Notes under the pieces: model-generated
Seen by the model: the letters and a program-made list of their open reading frames with translations, nothing else
Told to the model about the DNA's origin: nothing
Databases searched by the model: none
In this document: positions 14,134 through 27,469 of the stretch, in pieces
Layout of the letters: each line of letters starts with the position of its first letter
Numbering within the stretch: position 1 is the first letter of the stretch
Assembly (NCBI GenBank): GCA_030704615.1
Contig: CM060734.1
Location: forward strand, 11,408,001-11,472,000
From: Takakia lepidozioides
Lineage: Eukaryota; Plantae; Bryophyta
Direction of reading: 5' to 3'
DNA: 64,000 nucleotides
Translations under genes and position numbers: made by a program

Positions 14134-16045
14134 GTGCCACCAGTTGCTGAGGAGAGTGCCAATACGAGCACCAGCGATACTAGTGGGTACACAAGACGAG
14201 GTGTGCGGTTTAGGCCACCTTCACCTTCAGTGTCTTATGAGGAGGGTTTTGATTCAGACTCTGAGAGATCCACGCCACAGGTGCAAGCTATTTCCCCTTG
14301 CCATTGTTGTGGGACACGATGGAGGAAATGTATGGAGCTACCAAGGGGTCACGTCGGTACTCTGGAGCTGTGGGCACCATCGACCTTGATGATTTCATAC
14401 AGGAGTTTGATAGTTGGTGTGATTTGCAGCAGATGCGCAATCCACAATTGTTTACGCCTTTTATGGCGTGGAAGGGGCTATTTTCAGCACCTTGAGGAGC
14501 CGCCCATGGACAATTACCATGAGTTTAGGCGGGAACATGAGATGGAGATTGAGGAATGGCGGGAGTATTGGTCACCTAACTATATCTCCATCACCAGAGG
14601 CACAAGAGCAGCGGCGACACCAGCAGCTACACCAACATCCCCAACTGCAAGCACTGGTAGTGGGACAAGTGGTACAGGAGCTGGGAAATCCACTCAAGCT
14701 CCTCCTGCAGCACCAGCACCCGTGCCTGCCTTTAACCCAGTTGTGGAGTTCTTCGAGGAATTAAGGAGAAACTACCAGGGGATAAAGACAGAGAAGTTAC
14801 GGAGCTTGCAAAAGTTCCAACGAAAGCCTACCGAGAGTTTGAGGGAGGCTTACACGCACATGAGATGATTGATAAATGTAACCCAAGGGGTTACAGAAGC
14901 TCAGGCAGTCCAATTCTGGTATGGGATATTGGACAATGAGTTAAGGAGAAGGGTGCAGGATGCAACTCTCCTACAAGTGGCCCAATCCACCCTAGCAAAT
15001 GTGTTTTTGCTAGCAGAACAGATAGAGCTCAACATGGTGGAGGAGCGAGTGATTATGGTAGGGTTTGGCAAGGAGAGACAAAGAAGTGGGGTTCCTAGCC
15101 AACAACAACAAACCCCCCAACGTGCTCAACGCAACAAGGGGGACTCTGACGAAGCCCAAGGAAGGTCAGAGAGGATCTCAACTGCAGAGGTCTCTTCCTT
15201 CATTCTCAGGTCAACAACAAACGGGTGTGTCATGTTGGGATTGTGGAGGGCCACATGTTAAGAGAGATTGCCCAGAGAGAGACAAGGGGTCAGCACAAGC
15301 ACACCCTACACAACTACAGTGTGGGCATTGTGGCAAGTATGGGCATGAGGAGGCCCATTGTTATGACTTGCATCCTGAGCTGCGATCAGGCCAGTTCCAG
15401 GGGAACAATAATGGCCGAGGTCGAGGCAATGTAGTTCAGAGAGGAAGAGGATGCAGAGGTCGTGATGGAGGTCGTAACCAAAACCAAGGAGCATAGGGTC
15501 AGGATCAAGGTCATGACCAAGCTGGCATGGTGGATAGGCTTGCCCAGCTAGAGCAACGTCTTGCTGCCATGGCCACTACTCATGTTGCGCCAGCTCCAAG
15601 GCTTGAGGTTCAAGCCCCACCTGCACAACCGCCTATGCCTAGGGAAGACCAGATTGGTATAGGCTTCATGTGTGGAGCCGCACTTGTAGGGCCATTGCAT
15701 GTACTGGACTCTGCTACTCCTGTCACTCGAGCAGCAACGCGTGCTTCTGAGCCAAGAGGAGCGGATGTGGATTTTGATCCACAAAGGGGGGAAGCAAGTT
15801 GTTAGACAAGGCTCCCACAGTCCTTTATATTGGCTGAGACAGTGCCACCTATGCCATCAATGACACCCGCTCGTCCAAGTGTGTCAGAGGTAGAGCCACA
15901 AGTGTCATTGGGGAGAGTTGGTGTGGCTCGGGAAATGCCAGTGGGTGGTGCTGCAAAGCAAGGTGCAGCCAATACATTGTTGGGGGTGGCTACGGTGGTT
16001 TGTCAAGCTTCATTGTTTTCTGCAATGACAATTGCAATGCCGGGG
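14134..16045 (+). mobile_element. Second gag copy of the Gypsy-DNMT family (truncated before protease)
   Basis: Gag N-terminus (DLDDFIQEFDSWCDLQ...) and Zn knuckles CWDCGGPHVKRDC / CGHCGKYGHEEAHC. 14715-16045 is a close direct duplicate of ~9900-11207. Confidence 0.85.
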
Positions 16046-16958
16046 ATTCCCTGCATGCTACACATACCTTGCAATCATGGCACTCCACAACATCACATCT
16101 CATTTTTGGACACTTTCCTGTTGTCACATTGGCAGTATCATGTCAAAGTCACTCCAAACTAGATTCACTTAACCAGCTAACTTGTAGAATTCAACATGAA
16201 AAATTAGGGACGACAAACAGGCTGAGAAACAGGCCGGGGTTCACCCCTTCCCCCATCATTTGATCATAGGTCTCCAAAGCCTCCATCCCACGTCCCTGAT
16301 GTGCACACCCTGCAAGCATCGCACTCCACGACACCACATCTCGTTCAACCATAGTGTTTAACATTCTCTTTGCATCCTCGATGCACCCACATTTTGCATA
16401 CATGTCCACCAGGGTATTGTTCAGAATGACATTTGGTACAATTCCAGCTCTGAAGCTGTCGCCATGGACCTCTTTCCCCTTTTCCAGAGCTGCCAGGGCA
16501 ATGTTCATAATGACATTTGGTACAATTCCAGCTTTGATGATATCCCCATGCACCCCTTTGCCCTTGTCCAGCTGCCAGGCTTGCACAAGCATTGCAAATG
16601 CACACAAACATGATGTGGCAAGGCTTCACCCCTTCCCCCATCATTTGATCATAGGTCTCCAAGCCTCCATCCCACGTCCCTGATGTGCATACCCTGCAAG
16701 CATCGCACTCCACAACACCACATCTTCGCATCCTCGATGCACCCATATTTTGCATACATGTCCACCAGGGTATTGTTCAGAATGACATTTGGTACAATTC
16801 CAGCTCTGAAGATGTCACCATGGACCTTTCCCCTTTTCCAGAGCTGCCAGGGCAGTGTTCATAATGACATTTGGTACAATTCAGCTTTGATGATATCCCC
16901 ATGCACCTCTTTGCCCTTGTCCAGGGCTGCCAGGCTTGCACAAGCATTGCAAATGCTT
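16046..16958 (-). pseudogene. PLS-class pentatricopeptide repeat (PPR) gene fragment with internal duplications
   Basis: LNNTLVDMYAKCGCIEDAKRMLNTMVERDVVSWSAMLAGCAHQGRGMEALETYDQMMGEGV and GKEVHG motifs. The segment is duplicated with frameshifts. Confidence 0.85.
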
Positions 16959-17949
16959 AATCCATTTCGCGAAATGTGAGCGCCGTGCACCGCCTCCATC
17001 TGCTCTTTTTTGCAGCTCATTAAGCTCCTGTAGATTCTCGTCCTCCAAATATGTTATGTGATTCTCCTGCTCTGCAAGGCAAACTTCCACACGCTGTCGA
17101 GGATTCCTTTCAACGTCTGATGAAGGGTAGGTCATCTAAATCGAAGGTGAATAAGACCAGTCATGGAGCCGTAACCATTAACCCCAAAATCTTTCACTTC
17201 CTCCACAAGGCCCTCCCTATCATGAGGTGCAGCAGAAAAGGCATGAGTTGCAAGAAAAGCTGGAGTAGCAGGAGACACAAGCGACGCCAAACCCCCGGAT
17301 CGGCGCACTCTCATCAGCACTCTCATCAGGAAGGAGCTGTCATTGAAAGGTGCTCTTAGGATGCTCTTTCTCCTCTTGGAAAGTACTTCCTTGTCTTCAA
17401 CCAGTTTTGGCGCTGTAGGTCCCGCAATCGTGGAGGATCGTAAGGTCCTGTAACGTGGCCTCCTTGCGGAATCTTCATCTTCTTCCTATATCCCTGGGTC
17501 GCACCCTTATTTCTCCACTTCATCTTGAAAGGTACCATTCCCTCCATAGGCGCTCTCGGCATGACCTGCTGTCCACCAAGAAACCCTAGCACTCCGGTAT
17601 CAAACACGTACAAGACTGCACACACGAAATACAAGAGTCCTTGAAAGCGTGATTCGGTTGAAAAAATTCTACTCAAAGACCTCGAAAACAAACTACAAGC
17701 TAGACTCTTGCAGCTTTCTACAAATGATGCAAGCACATCCTCTCATCATACTTACATCCCGGTTGAACGCCCCACAACCCTTGGAACAATGCTCTCAGTG
17801 GCTGCACATCGCACACAGGAACTCATGTCCCGCATCCCCTTTTGCGAGTAAGACGCCGAGTCAGACATTTCAGAACCTTGGACGAATCAAGGCATGCCAT
17901 GAGGCGTTGGTTTTCTTTTTTTATCAGGGTGCCAACTCGAAAAATATAT

Positions 17950-18145
17950 AGGGGTCAACCCTAGGTTTCATACCGTTGACTATTCTTGTGTGACTTAAGC
18001 CAAACAAGGTGTGACACATCCGGTCCAATACATCCGGTCCGGTTGTGCCACACTTTTTTCTAGTCCACACATGTGTCATATGATCCGTGGATTGTGCAAA
18101 GTGTGACCCCCCATGTTGTGACAAAAACCAATTCCTCTTGTAGTG
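17950..18145. mobile_element. CACTA (EnSpm)-type terminus
   Basis: Ends ...ATTCCTCTTGTAGTG (reverse complement CACTACAAGAGGAAT) with short subterminal repeats (TGTGAC, CATCCGGTCC). It truncates the adjacent LINE fragment. The partner end was not confidently found. Confidence 0.6.
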
Positions 18146-18890
18146 TTATAATATATGAATTCAATAAAGTGTATGGTGAGGTTTGGGGATGGGGTGCTAG
18201 GCGGTGGTGCGTTTATGGGCAGCCTCTGTACTAGCATTATGTCTGGATAGAGTTTGGCAAGGCATGTGCAGGGTGAGGGTGGCCGGCAGGAGCATGGTAG
18301 TAGCCATGAGGGTAGGTACAGTGTGGTCAGGGGCCTGCCGTGGTAGGTCCCAACATTGATGAGTAAGAACCAGCATGTTTCAGATCAACGTAAGAGAAGC
18401 TTGTGGATGTGCCAGACGGCATGGTTGTGTCGAATGACACGGAGGCCATGAATGACAGGATGTATGCATTGGCTAAGCAGGCGGGGCCAAGTGTCATGGG
18501 CCGAGTGGGTGCTAGCACATAGTGGACAATTTGGGGAGGGAAAAGACGGTTTTACGTTGGTGGCCCCTATCTGAATTTGGGCATCAGTGGCGAGATTAGT
18601 GTGCCAGAAGTGATTAGACAGTTTATGGTGTAGTACCGAGGATTGTGTCCATTTCTGGATTAGTTTAGTGTGGCGTTATGGACACCTCCTCTAGTTCCGG
18701 CCGTGATGACAGATAGAGGGCCGATGTTCCAGCCGCGTTGGTGGATAGCAAGGATAAGTGGGGCATATTTTTGTCTCTTGTCTAAGGTGGAGGAAGCCGG
18801 GTAACGATCATGGCAGTATGTGAATTCAACAAAGTGAATGGTAAGATCTAGGGATGGAGAAGCGGGCCAGGGAGGGAGGGGGGGATATTG
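18146..18890 (-). mobile_element. Non-LTR retrotransposon fragments with Zn knuckle + restriction-like endonuclease (RandI/Dualen-like)
   Basis: Manual minus-strand translation gives PNCPLC...DTWPRLLSQCIHPVIHGLRVIRHNHAV and LLPCSC...CTCLAKLYPDIMLV...TIHFIEF. A second piece reads TIHFVEFTYCHDRYP...KYAPL...GW...VITAGTRGGVH. Confidence 0.7.
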
Positions 18891-18989
18891 AGAGGTTCAT
18901 GCTTGTCAGATTATCTGGGAGATGTTGACCTTTCTATTCTGATTTCCACACAAATTAAAATGTGTTCTAGTGACATTCGGAGATCCGAC

Positions 18990-21305
18990 TTGGACTGGGG
19001 CATCGCTTGAGCACTTGCAATCTTGTCTCTTTTTGTGAACTATGTGCCCTCATAAGCCTCACAGGTTCTCTTGAAAAGATTATCCATATATTGTAGCAGG
19101 CTTAATGGAAGAGAAAGAATAACAACCTAGAACTTGGCTAATCGGTACCTGCCAGTCGGTCAATGTTCTGCTGCAACAGTAAATGTGGAGAGAACAAACC
19201 TTGGGGTCCTTGTCCATCAAAGTAACAAGACGATGGTTCTCTTGCAGCTCCTCTGAAGTTGGCCTCTTTTCTAATTCATTGTCAAGTAATCTAATCTCTT
19301 TCTTTTTCTCCTCCCATCTCTGAATGATGTGTCCAACCACGCAACTAACCTACATGAATTGAACATGCAAATGAGGTTCCCACTGTTGTCAACTGCACAT
19401 CTTTGTCTCTCCTCCATAGTAGTGCATAATGAACACCGTCTTTCCTCTAAAATTAAAATGCAGATGATGTGGGGGCATGAACCTGCATATTTTGCTGCTT
19501 CTCCCAATGCTCAAGTGTTGTTCTTGTATCATCTTTTCCCAACTCCTGCTCAAGTCATGTCCACGTGCAAATATGTACTTTGAGGTAGATAGGACAGCGT
19601 GAGAGCAGATGAGCATTTACACAAGCATTGGCACACTGGGATGGTAGTGAGAGAGAGAGGCAGGAAGTTTAATACAGCGAAAGAGGTCAAGAAGCCCATC
19701 ACCTTGCTTAGTAAGAGGTTTTCTTTCTCACGTAAGTCTCGACACAACTGAGCATTTTCTGCTATGTGGACATTTCAGCATCCATCACTGTCCTCTGTCT
19801 CTCATATATGCCCACCTGATAAACAACCAAATGATCTGAGGAGTGATTACACAGCACACATGAAGTTTACATAGAAGGCATGAGTGGGGATTTCGTTTCA
19901 AATTGGTGTTTTGGGAAGGCAGAAAGGCAGATGAGTCTATCAGGGCCACATGGTGCAGGATGCACCAGCATGTTTGTTTACAGATCTCAGTTCTAAATAG
20001 CAGCAGTTGAGGGTTCATCTTTGGTATGTCCATGTCTCTGCAAACGTTGCTCGCACGTGAGGGACCCGAGTGTCTCATGTCACAAAATTAGCATGGCCAC
20101 AGACCCATATCGAGAGTGTCAATTGTATTGATGTGGGTGCTTGATTCTATGGCCAAGAGAAGCTCTGGACAACCCTGCAGTTGTCAGTGGGAATACTTAT
20201 CAGGTTCTACCACAAGGGAGAAGTGAACAGACTACCCACAATCTGTGCTGGTTTTAAGTCTCGCTGCAGAAAGTTTGGTTCTAAGGTGTCCCGTTGTGTC
20301 CTTTGAGCATAGGCCACTTTGTGCTTCAACTTCTCGTACACTTCCTTCTCTTTACTGCGTTGGCGCTCTTCCTGCACCAGACCATTTCCATCTAAGACAT
20401 TTACATCTCAACTTAAAAGCAAAGTCAACCCCTTTATTTGTGCCATCAGCTTTGGCAGAGGCAAGTGCTGAGTGCACAGGTTCCGGAGGTGTAAGTATCA
20501 TTGGACCAAATCTGTCTCTGATTCAAGCTTTTGTGTATGCTGGTTGTTGCGTTCCTCAACTTGTCGCAGCTCCTCGGCTTCTTCTAACAACTCCTGATCC
20601 CATGAAAGCCAATGCCCACTCTTTTTGTTTTTGCCAGCATGCTAAGTTTTGATTATACAAGTTTTTGGTATAGTTGACATCGCCTTTTCGAACTTAAGGT
20701 TTAACGAGGAGGAGACATGCTTCAAACTGGTGGGGGTCACCTTCTTCTCCTGTCCCTTGCAAATGCAGAACTAACTCGTAGTAGTGGAAAAGCTAGGATA
20801 TTGTGCTGCTGAGCTCCTCTCGTAAAGATTGAGAAATCTGCGACAACAATTTGCAAAACACTCGATAGTGTGTCTGAGCGTGTCCTCTACTTCAGGCTGG
20901 CAAGAATGGAGGGATGCAAGTGTCTGAACTTTTTGTTAGTTTGGTCAAGAAGACAGAGGATAACAGAACCTGAACAAGTTTCTCACGCCTTTCATAGTTA
21001 CAAACAACATCTGCAAGTGTGCTGTATAAATGCTCCTCAAAGTCGGTTGAAGGGGTTGAGCTTCTGATTGGAGAGAACCCATTGTTACACAACACTTTAT
21101 TGATGACGACCCACTTTGAGATTTTGCCGGAAGCATCCTCCATGCTTGCACTACTCATAGTGGGTTCAGCGTCTTCAACCCAATCAGCCTCCCAGGAATT
21201 TCCGATCTCTGAATAGAAAGATTCATTGCCATTCCCTAACTCCATGTTCTCTCTTGAAAGGGAATAGTTTTCTGCAGTTTCTCGTTTCTTGTTTGTGTAA
21301 AACAC
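18990..21305 (-). pseudogene. CEP70-like centrosomal coiled-coil gene remnant (spliced)
   Basis: KWVVINKVLCNNGFSPI...YERREKLVQ spliced to ELLEEAEELRQVEE, then EERQRSKEKEVYEKLK...DLKPAQIV and further coiled-coil exons. Resembles the CEP70 N-terminus (W..IN.LL..xG..P). Appears incomplete. Confidence 0.45.
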
Positions 21306-22704
21306 CCCAAAGTCTCGTTCTGGTCTCTCTCCACCATATGTTGGATGTTTGGAGGTTTTCTCTCCTTTCTCTGACGAAGACTCAGATGACCAAACATTCT
21401 GCCAGTGCTGTCAACTCTTCCTCCATTTTCGGGTGCGCTGAGAAAGGACTTGCCAATATCCAACTCAGCCAGTAGCGTTTTACTAGCTTCATCCATGTCT
21501 GAAACTCGTTGCTCGACGGAGGTGCTGCGGAGTTCCTTGGCATGGTTGTTAACCATGCCAAGTCCTCCATGCTCAGCGCGATCACGTGGGTTTAGCATGC
21601 CCTTTGCAGCTTCAAACCAAACCAGACCTCCGGATCAATTCACACCCTCTTTATCACAACTGCACTTCTTCTATCTACATGACGTTCTCAGTGATTTCCA
21701 CCCTTAGGAAAAGTGAAGGCAGCATCTTGCAGAGCTTGAGGTGCCATTCCGGGACCAGAAGGAGTATTTAAACCTTGAAAGTAGCCAAGTGTATCGAGAA
21801 GAAGATGTCCGGACTCCCTTTTCGGAGAATGTAGAGCATCCGAGGGATAAAAAGATGAAGAAGGAGAGCATTCTTGACAAAGAAAGTCTGCAACGGCCGC
21901 TCATGTCCGGCGAGTGTGAACACAGAGGGCCCGTGGATGGAACATTGAAGAGAATCAGAATCATCCGTGCGGATTCGACAGTTCTCAACGGACATCCATT
22001 CTTCACAACAAGGAGGTTTCGTCCAAAGCTGGAAGAATTGCATCCTGTTCAAGAAAAAGAACTTGGACTCTTTTATTTCTTGTGGGAAGCAAACCTTGAA
22101 GCGGTATCAATGTCAGCATCTCTGCAGCGGCCATGGAGTTGGCGTTTGGGTACTACTTGGGCAGCTACAAGGCCTTCTGTGCGTCAAAGGCAGGTGTATA
22201 CAAGAGCGGAGCTTCATGTGGGACCTCCAGTCATTCATACTATTGAGAATCAATCCCGCAAGGCAGTAACTCTCCCGTTCTGTCCCCAGGTACCCTCCTC
22301 TGAGATTATGTCCTTGGCACTTTTGTCTTCGTTCAGTGTTTGAAGAGCATCAAATATCTTCGGGGAAATGAGAGTAGGTAGCAGCGATCAACACAGTTGG
22401 GTATCGTTTGATGGGCACAAATGTTGCACGGTACACATTGATGGAGGAGAGGTGGAAAAGGCAAGCTGCTAGAGAACTTCACTGACTGAACAGATGACGA
22501 TGAGGAAATCAAGTGTTATATTGTTGGGTGGTTGTAGGTTGCCGAGGCGGCGAGATTCCTACTTCCAGACTTCATGAATGTTGATACTACGGTGGCCATC
22601 AATATCAACCGTGTTCTCAAAGCTTATGCAAATGCTCGAGTTGGGTCACATGTGCGCACTTAAGCCTTTTTGAAAATTTAGCCAACCGTATCTGCTCCTA
22701 TTTC

Positions 22705-23090
22705 CCGATCATCAAGGTTGAGGACTACTGCAGCCTCCCTGCGAATAGATACAGACAAATCTGGCTCTTGGCCAAAGAGAAGAAAGTAAGGTGAGAATGA
22801 GGCAAGTGATGTTTGCTTGCTAAACCTGTAGCCCATGGTCAACCAAGGTAGCTGGAGGTCCCAATCTCCTAAGTGTCCCTTCTGTAAGTCATACTTGCGC
22901 AAGCCTCTCTTGACTGTCTAAACAACTTTCTCTGCCAAGCCATCAGTCTCAGAATGATCCCGAGAAGTAGTGCGGTGATCTATCAAGGCTTGCTCGCACA
23001 AAGCTTGAACTCTCTCCCCTGGTCCGTGAGTACCTTGGCTGGAGCACCAAATTGGCTAAGCACTTGATCTAAGAATGCATACGCAGCCCC
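22705..23090 (-). mobile_element. Integrase fragment of the Gypsy-DNMT family
   Basis: Near-duplicate of ~26345-26745 (WDLQLPWLTMGYRFSKQTSLASFSPYFLLFG). Confidence 0.85.
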
Positions 23091-23334
23091 CAGAAGAGAC
23101 AGTGGAGAAGAAGAGAATGAACGGAAAATGTACTTCTACGTGCAGACAAATTTCAAAAAATACTGTTCTGCAGGACCTACATCCAACCTTGCGTCAACGC
23201 AAGGTTGGAACATGCCTGGAGAAGTAGCATACAACAAAACGGAAATATGTTCATGAAGTGCAGAACCACCAGCCCGAATCAACCTTGCGTTGACGCAAGG
23301 TTAAATTGCGACTGGAAAAATGAACGGCAGATGA

Positions 23335-25043
23335 TCAGAGTAGCCTCACATTGGCAGTCCCAAACCATGCCTTGCAACAACATAAGATTGATTCGATGAG
23401 GAAAAACGGAACCACGAAAAAAAAAAAAGAATAAATATGATACATGTACAAGACTCGCTTCATAGCTTGCTCGCTATTGTACTGATTCTTGAACTCATTC
23501 GACCTGGAAATGCCTTTGTCTCTTTCAAACTCCCTGAAGAAACAGTTGTTCCATATAGCACCTTTCCATCTCCGAATGTATTGCTCAAGAGAGATTCTGG
23601 GTGTTGTCATGGTGATTTTGTGGTCAGTCAAGGACTCTCCCAGTGCTGAAATAGCACGCTTCTCCAGCTGTTCCAACAAGGCAAATGTGAGGCTCTGGAG
23701 CCAAGCAACACGGAATCATGAAAAAATGGGGACTGCAAGAATGAATGTTAGTTTCTCTCACCTGGCTCCAGAATGTAGCTTTGTGAAGCCATTGGTCGAA
23801 AGAGTGGTCATTCACCACTTTTATCACATTGGTTTTGGGGTCGTTCACTGTTCTTGGAAACCCATACATGTCCTTCACCAGAGGATCCGAGTTCCAAATC
23901 TCCAACCATCTGATTTTGGTTACGGTGTCCACCATTGAAATGGACAGGCGATGAAGTTTCTCTTGTGTCATTTCGGGTTTAGTTCCATACTTGTTGTAGT
24001 GCACTTTCACCTGCTCCAGGAACTCCGAGCCGAGACCGGGATCTGCAATGCGGATTTGTTTGTCAAACACACTCAGCAGGTTCTTTCTGTGGTTATCCAT
24101 CTCAAACCGGATTGCCTCCGCCACCCCCACAACAGACCTCTCCTCCTCTGCGTGAGTGGCGTAGTATTCGGCCTTCGCCTTCAAGCCTGTCTCCGCTATC
24201 TCTTGCTGCAAACAATCCAAAATATATGATCTTTTAGTTCACATCCATTGAAAATAAGGAACAAACTAGTCTGAATTTCAATTCGGTTTAAGTTTCCTTA
24301 CGGTGTACATGTAGTCAAGAAATGCCTCTCTTGTCAGGCTATACCAGGTGATGAGCTTTTTCTCCTTGCATCTCTTCATTTGACTTGTACTCAACACGTT
24401 CGCAAACGATTCCAGAGGCATCATACCGATCTTCTGGACCCGAAAAAGAGTGTGGCTGAGGTTGGTTGTTACGTGGGAGGTTTCGTTTGATCTGCATTGA
24501 ACAGTCACTTTTCCAATTAAGAAGAAAACAACCACAAACACAGCAATGCAATCACACAATGCACAACAATTTCGGAAAACTTACTTGTTGATGTCGTGCA
24601 TGGTAGTGAGCAACTGTGTGATTCGTCCTTTGTGATCCAGGACCATAGAATGAACGCTCCAGTGCCAATCCTTTTCGTCAGAGTGCAATTTGGATATGTA
24701 GTCCATCTAGGCAAGCAACCGGTGATTGCCATCCCATACAAAAAACATCTTCCCCATGAAAACTTTCGTGGAAGCCTTCTTGGACAATTTGGCCTCGAAC
24801 TCCCTGTTAACTTCACGCCAACATGCATCCCAACCTTCCTCTATCTCTTCTGACACATGCACTCTTCGCCCTTCGTGTCAGTGGTGGAAACATAGAACAC
24901 CGCAGAACCCTTCACATACCCATACACAAAATCATTTTTGAGTTTCTTTATGTCGTTTCTGAGTGCTGGCCGGACAGCAGGCATCGATATCATTCTGCAC
25001 AGTGGGATAAGGATGTCTCCATCAGGAATTTCCATGGTCAGGA
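23335..25043 (-). pseudogene. ParB-like/methyltransferase gene, copy C (N-terminal half only; cut at its 5' side by a Gypsy LTR)
   Basis: LIPLCRMISMPAVRPALRNDIKKL...GYVKGSAVFYVS and VWDGNHRLLAW. Exons are homologous to 49555-51217 with matching intron positions. Confidence 0.75.
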
Positions 25044-25557
25044 TGTCATGCACCTAAGCATCATGCCACATCATACATCGCTGTCCAACCACACTTCCTA
25101 GCATATAGTCCTAGAAAGTCACGCCACAATGATACGGAAATGGTGAAAAGAGGAGAAACCACTCTATCACGTTATATAAGTCAAGCCAATGGCACCTTTG
25201 CTAAAGGACTCCACCATACAAACCTCACCCACTCTCCATCTCAAGTACTAGAGCTATGGCGGCGAGAGAGGCCTCAGGAGGCTCGATTAGAAGAAGACGA
25301 GCCTGCCTATGTCTCACGTGAAGATAACCTCTCCACGTCCCAAGTTAGGTTCATCACTTCACTTGGCACATGGAACCAAATGAAGTCCCAATGCCAACAA
25401 AATACAAATATAAATGTATAATGTCATAATTAATTAGAAATAACTATTTCTAACTAATCACAAACAAAACCATGACAGTTGTCGTGCACCTAAGCATCGT
25501 GCCACAACATACATCGCTGTCCAACCACACTTCCTAGCATATAGTCCTATAGTCACA
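25044..25557 (-). repeat. 3' LTR region with internally duplicated ~80 bp end segment
   Basis: 25044-~25128 is repeated at ~25480-25557. TG/CA ends; adjacent to the PPT. Confidence 0.8.
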
Positions 25558-25809
25558 ATCGCCCCCCTAACTGGTGATTAGGTCCCTCTAACATCAGATA
25601 GCTTGCAAGTATCCACCCCAAGAAGATCATCGTTTGGTCTTCAATCGCACAAGTCCCAACACCTGAAGTCGATAGATCAATAGGCCGGGTGCAAACGTAG
25701 CCCCATCGTTAGTCGCCTTCATGCAATCCATGATCTTCAGTTGAATATCCATGACATTGAAGCCCCACTAACTAGACGTCACTTGTCCGCCTCACCATTG
25801 TGATGCCCA

Positions 25810-27100
<1,291 letters not shown>

Positions 27101-27469
27101 AATCCTCACTCGTCCATCCTCCCATACTCGGAGTAGGTGAGTCCCCTCCCACTTGAACCTCTTGCCTCGTTGTATGACCTGATCCCTCTCCTTAGCAGTC
27201 ACACTGGCTGCTGTTTCTCCGGTACAAAGGTATGTCAACACTGCTACATCTTCATGCACATCCTTAGCACCACCAAACTTCTTACTAGTCTCTGGATCGT
27301 CATGCACGCTATCTACATGACCAATCGCATGGGATGGACCAGCTTGAGCTCCCATTTTTAGAATGCACAAAAAGGCCGATGCACGCCATTCTGGCACCAT
27401 CTCCTCATCTGTCTCACCATGCCACCGAGCTCCAATATCATCATGCTCGCTCGTGCATGGATTACGACT

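Noticed and set aside
8995-18145. CACTACATG at 8995 pairing with the CACTA end at 18145
   Set aside because: The match is short, the flanking 3-mers (TAT vs TTA) are not a TSD, and there are no subterminal repeats at the left.
21741-22343. 200 aa + strand ORF
   Set aside because: No recognisable motifs, GTG start, and no supporting gene structure.
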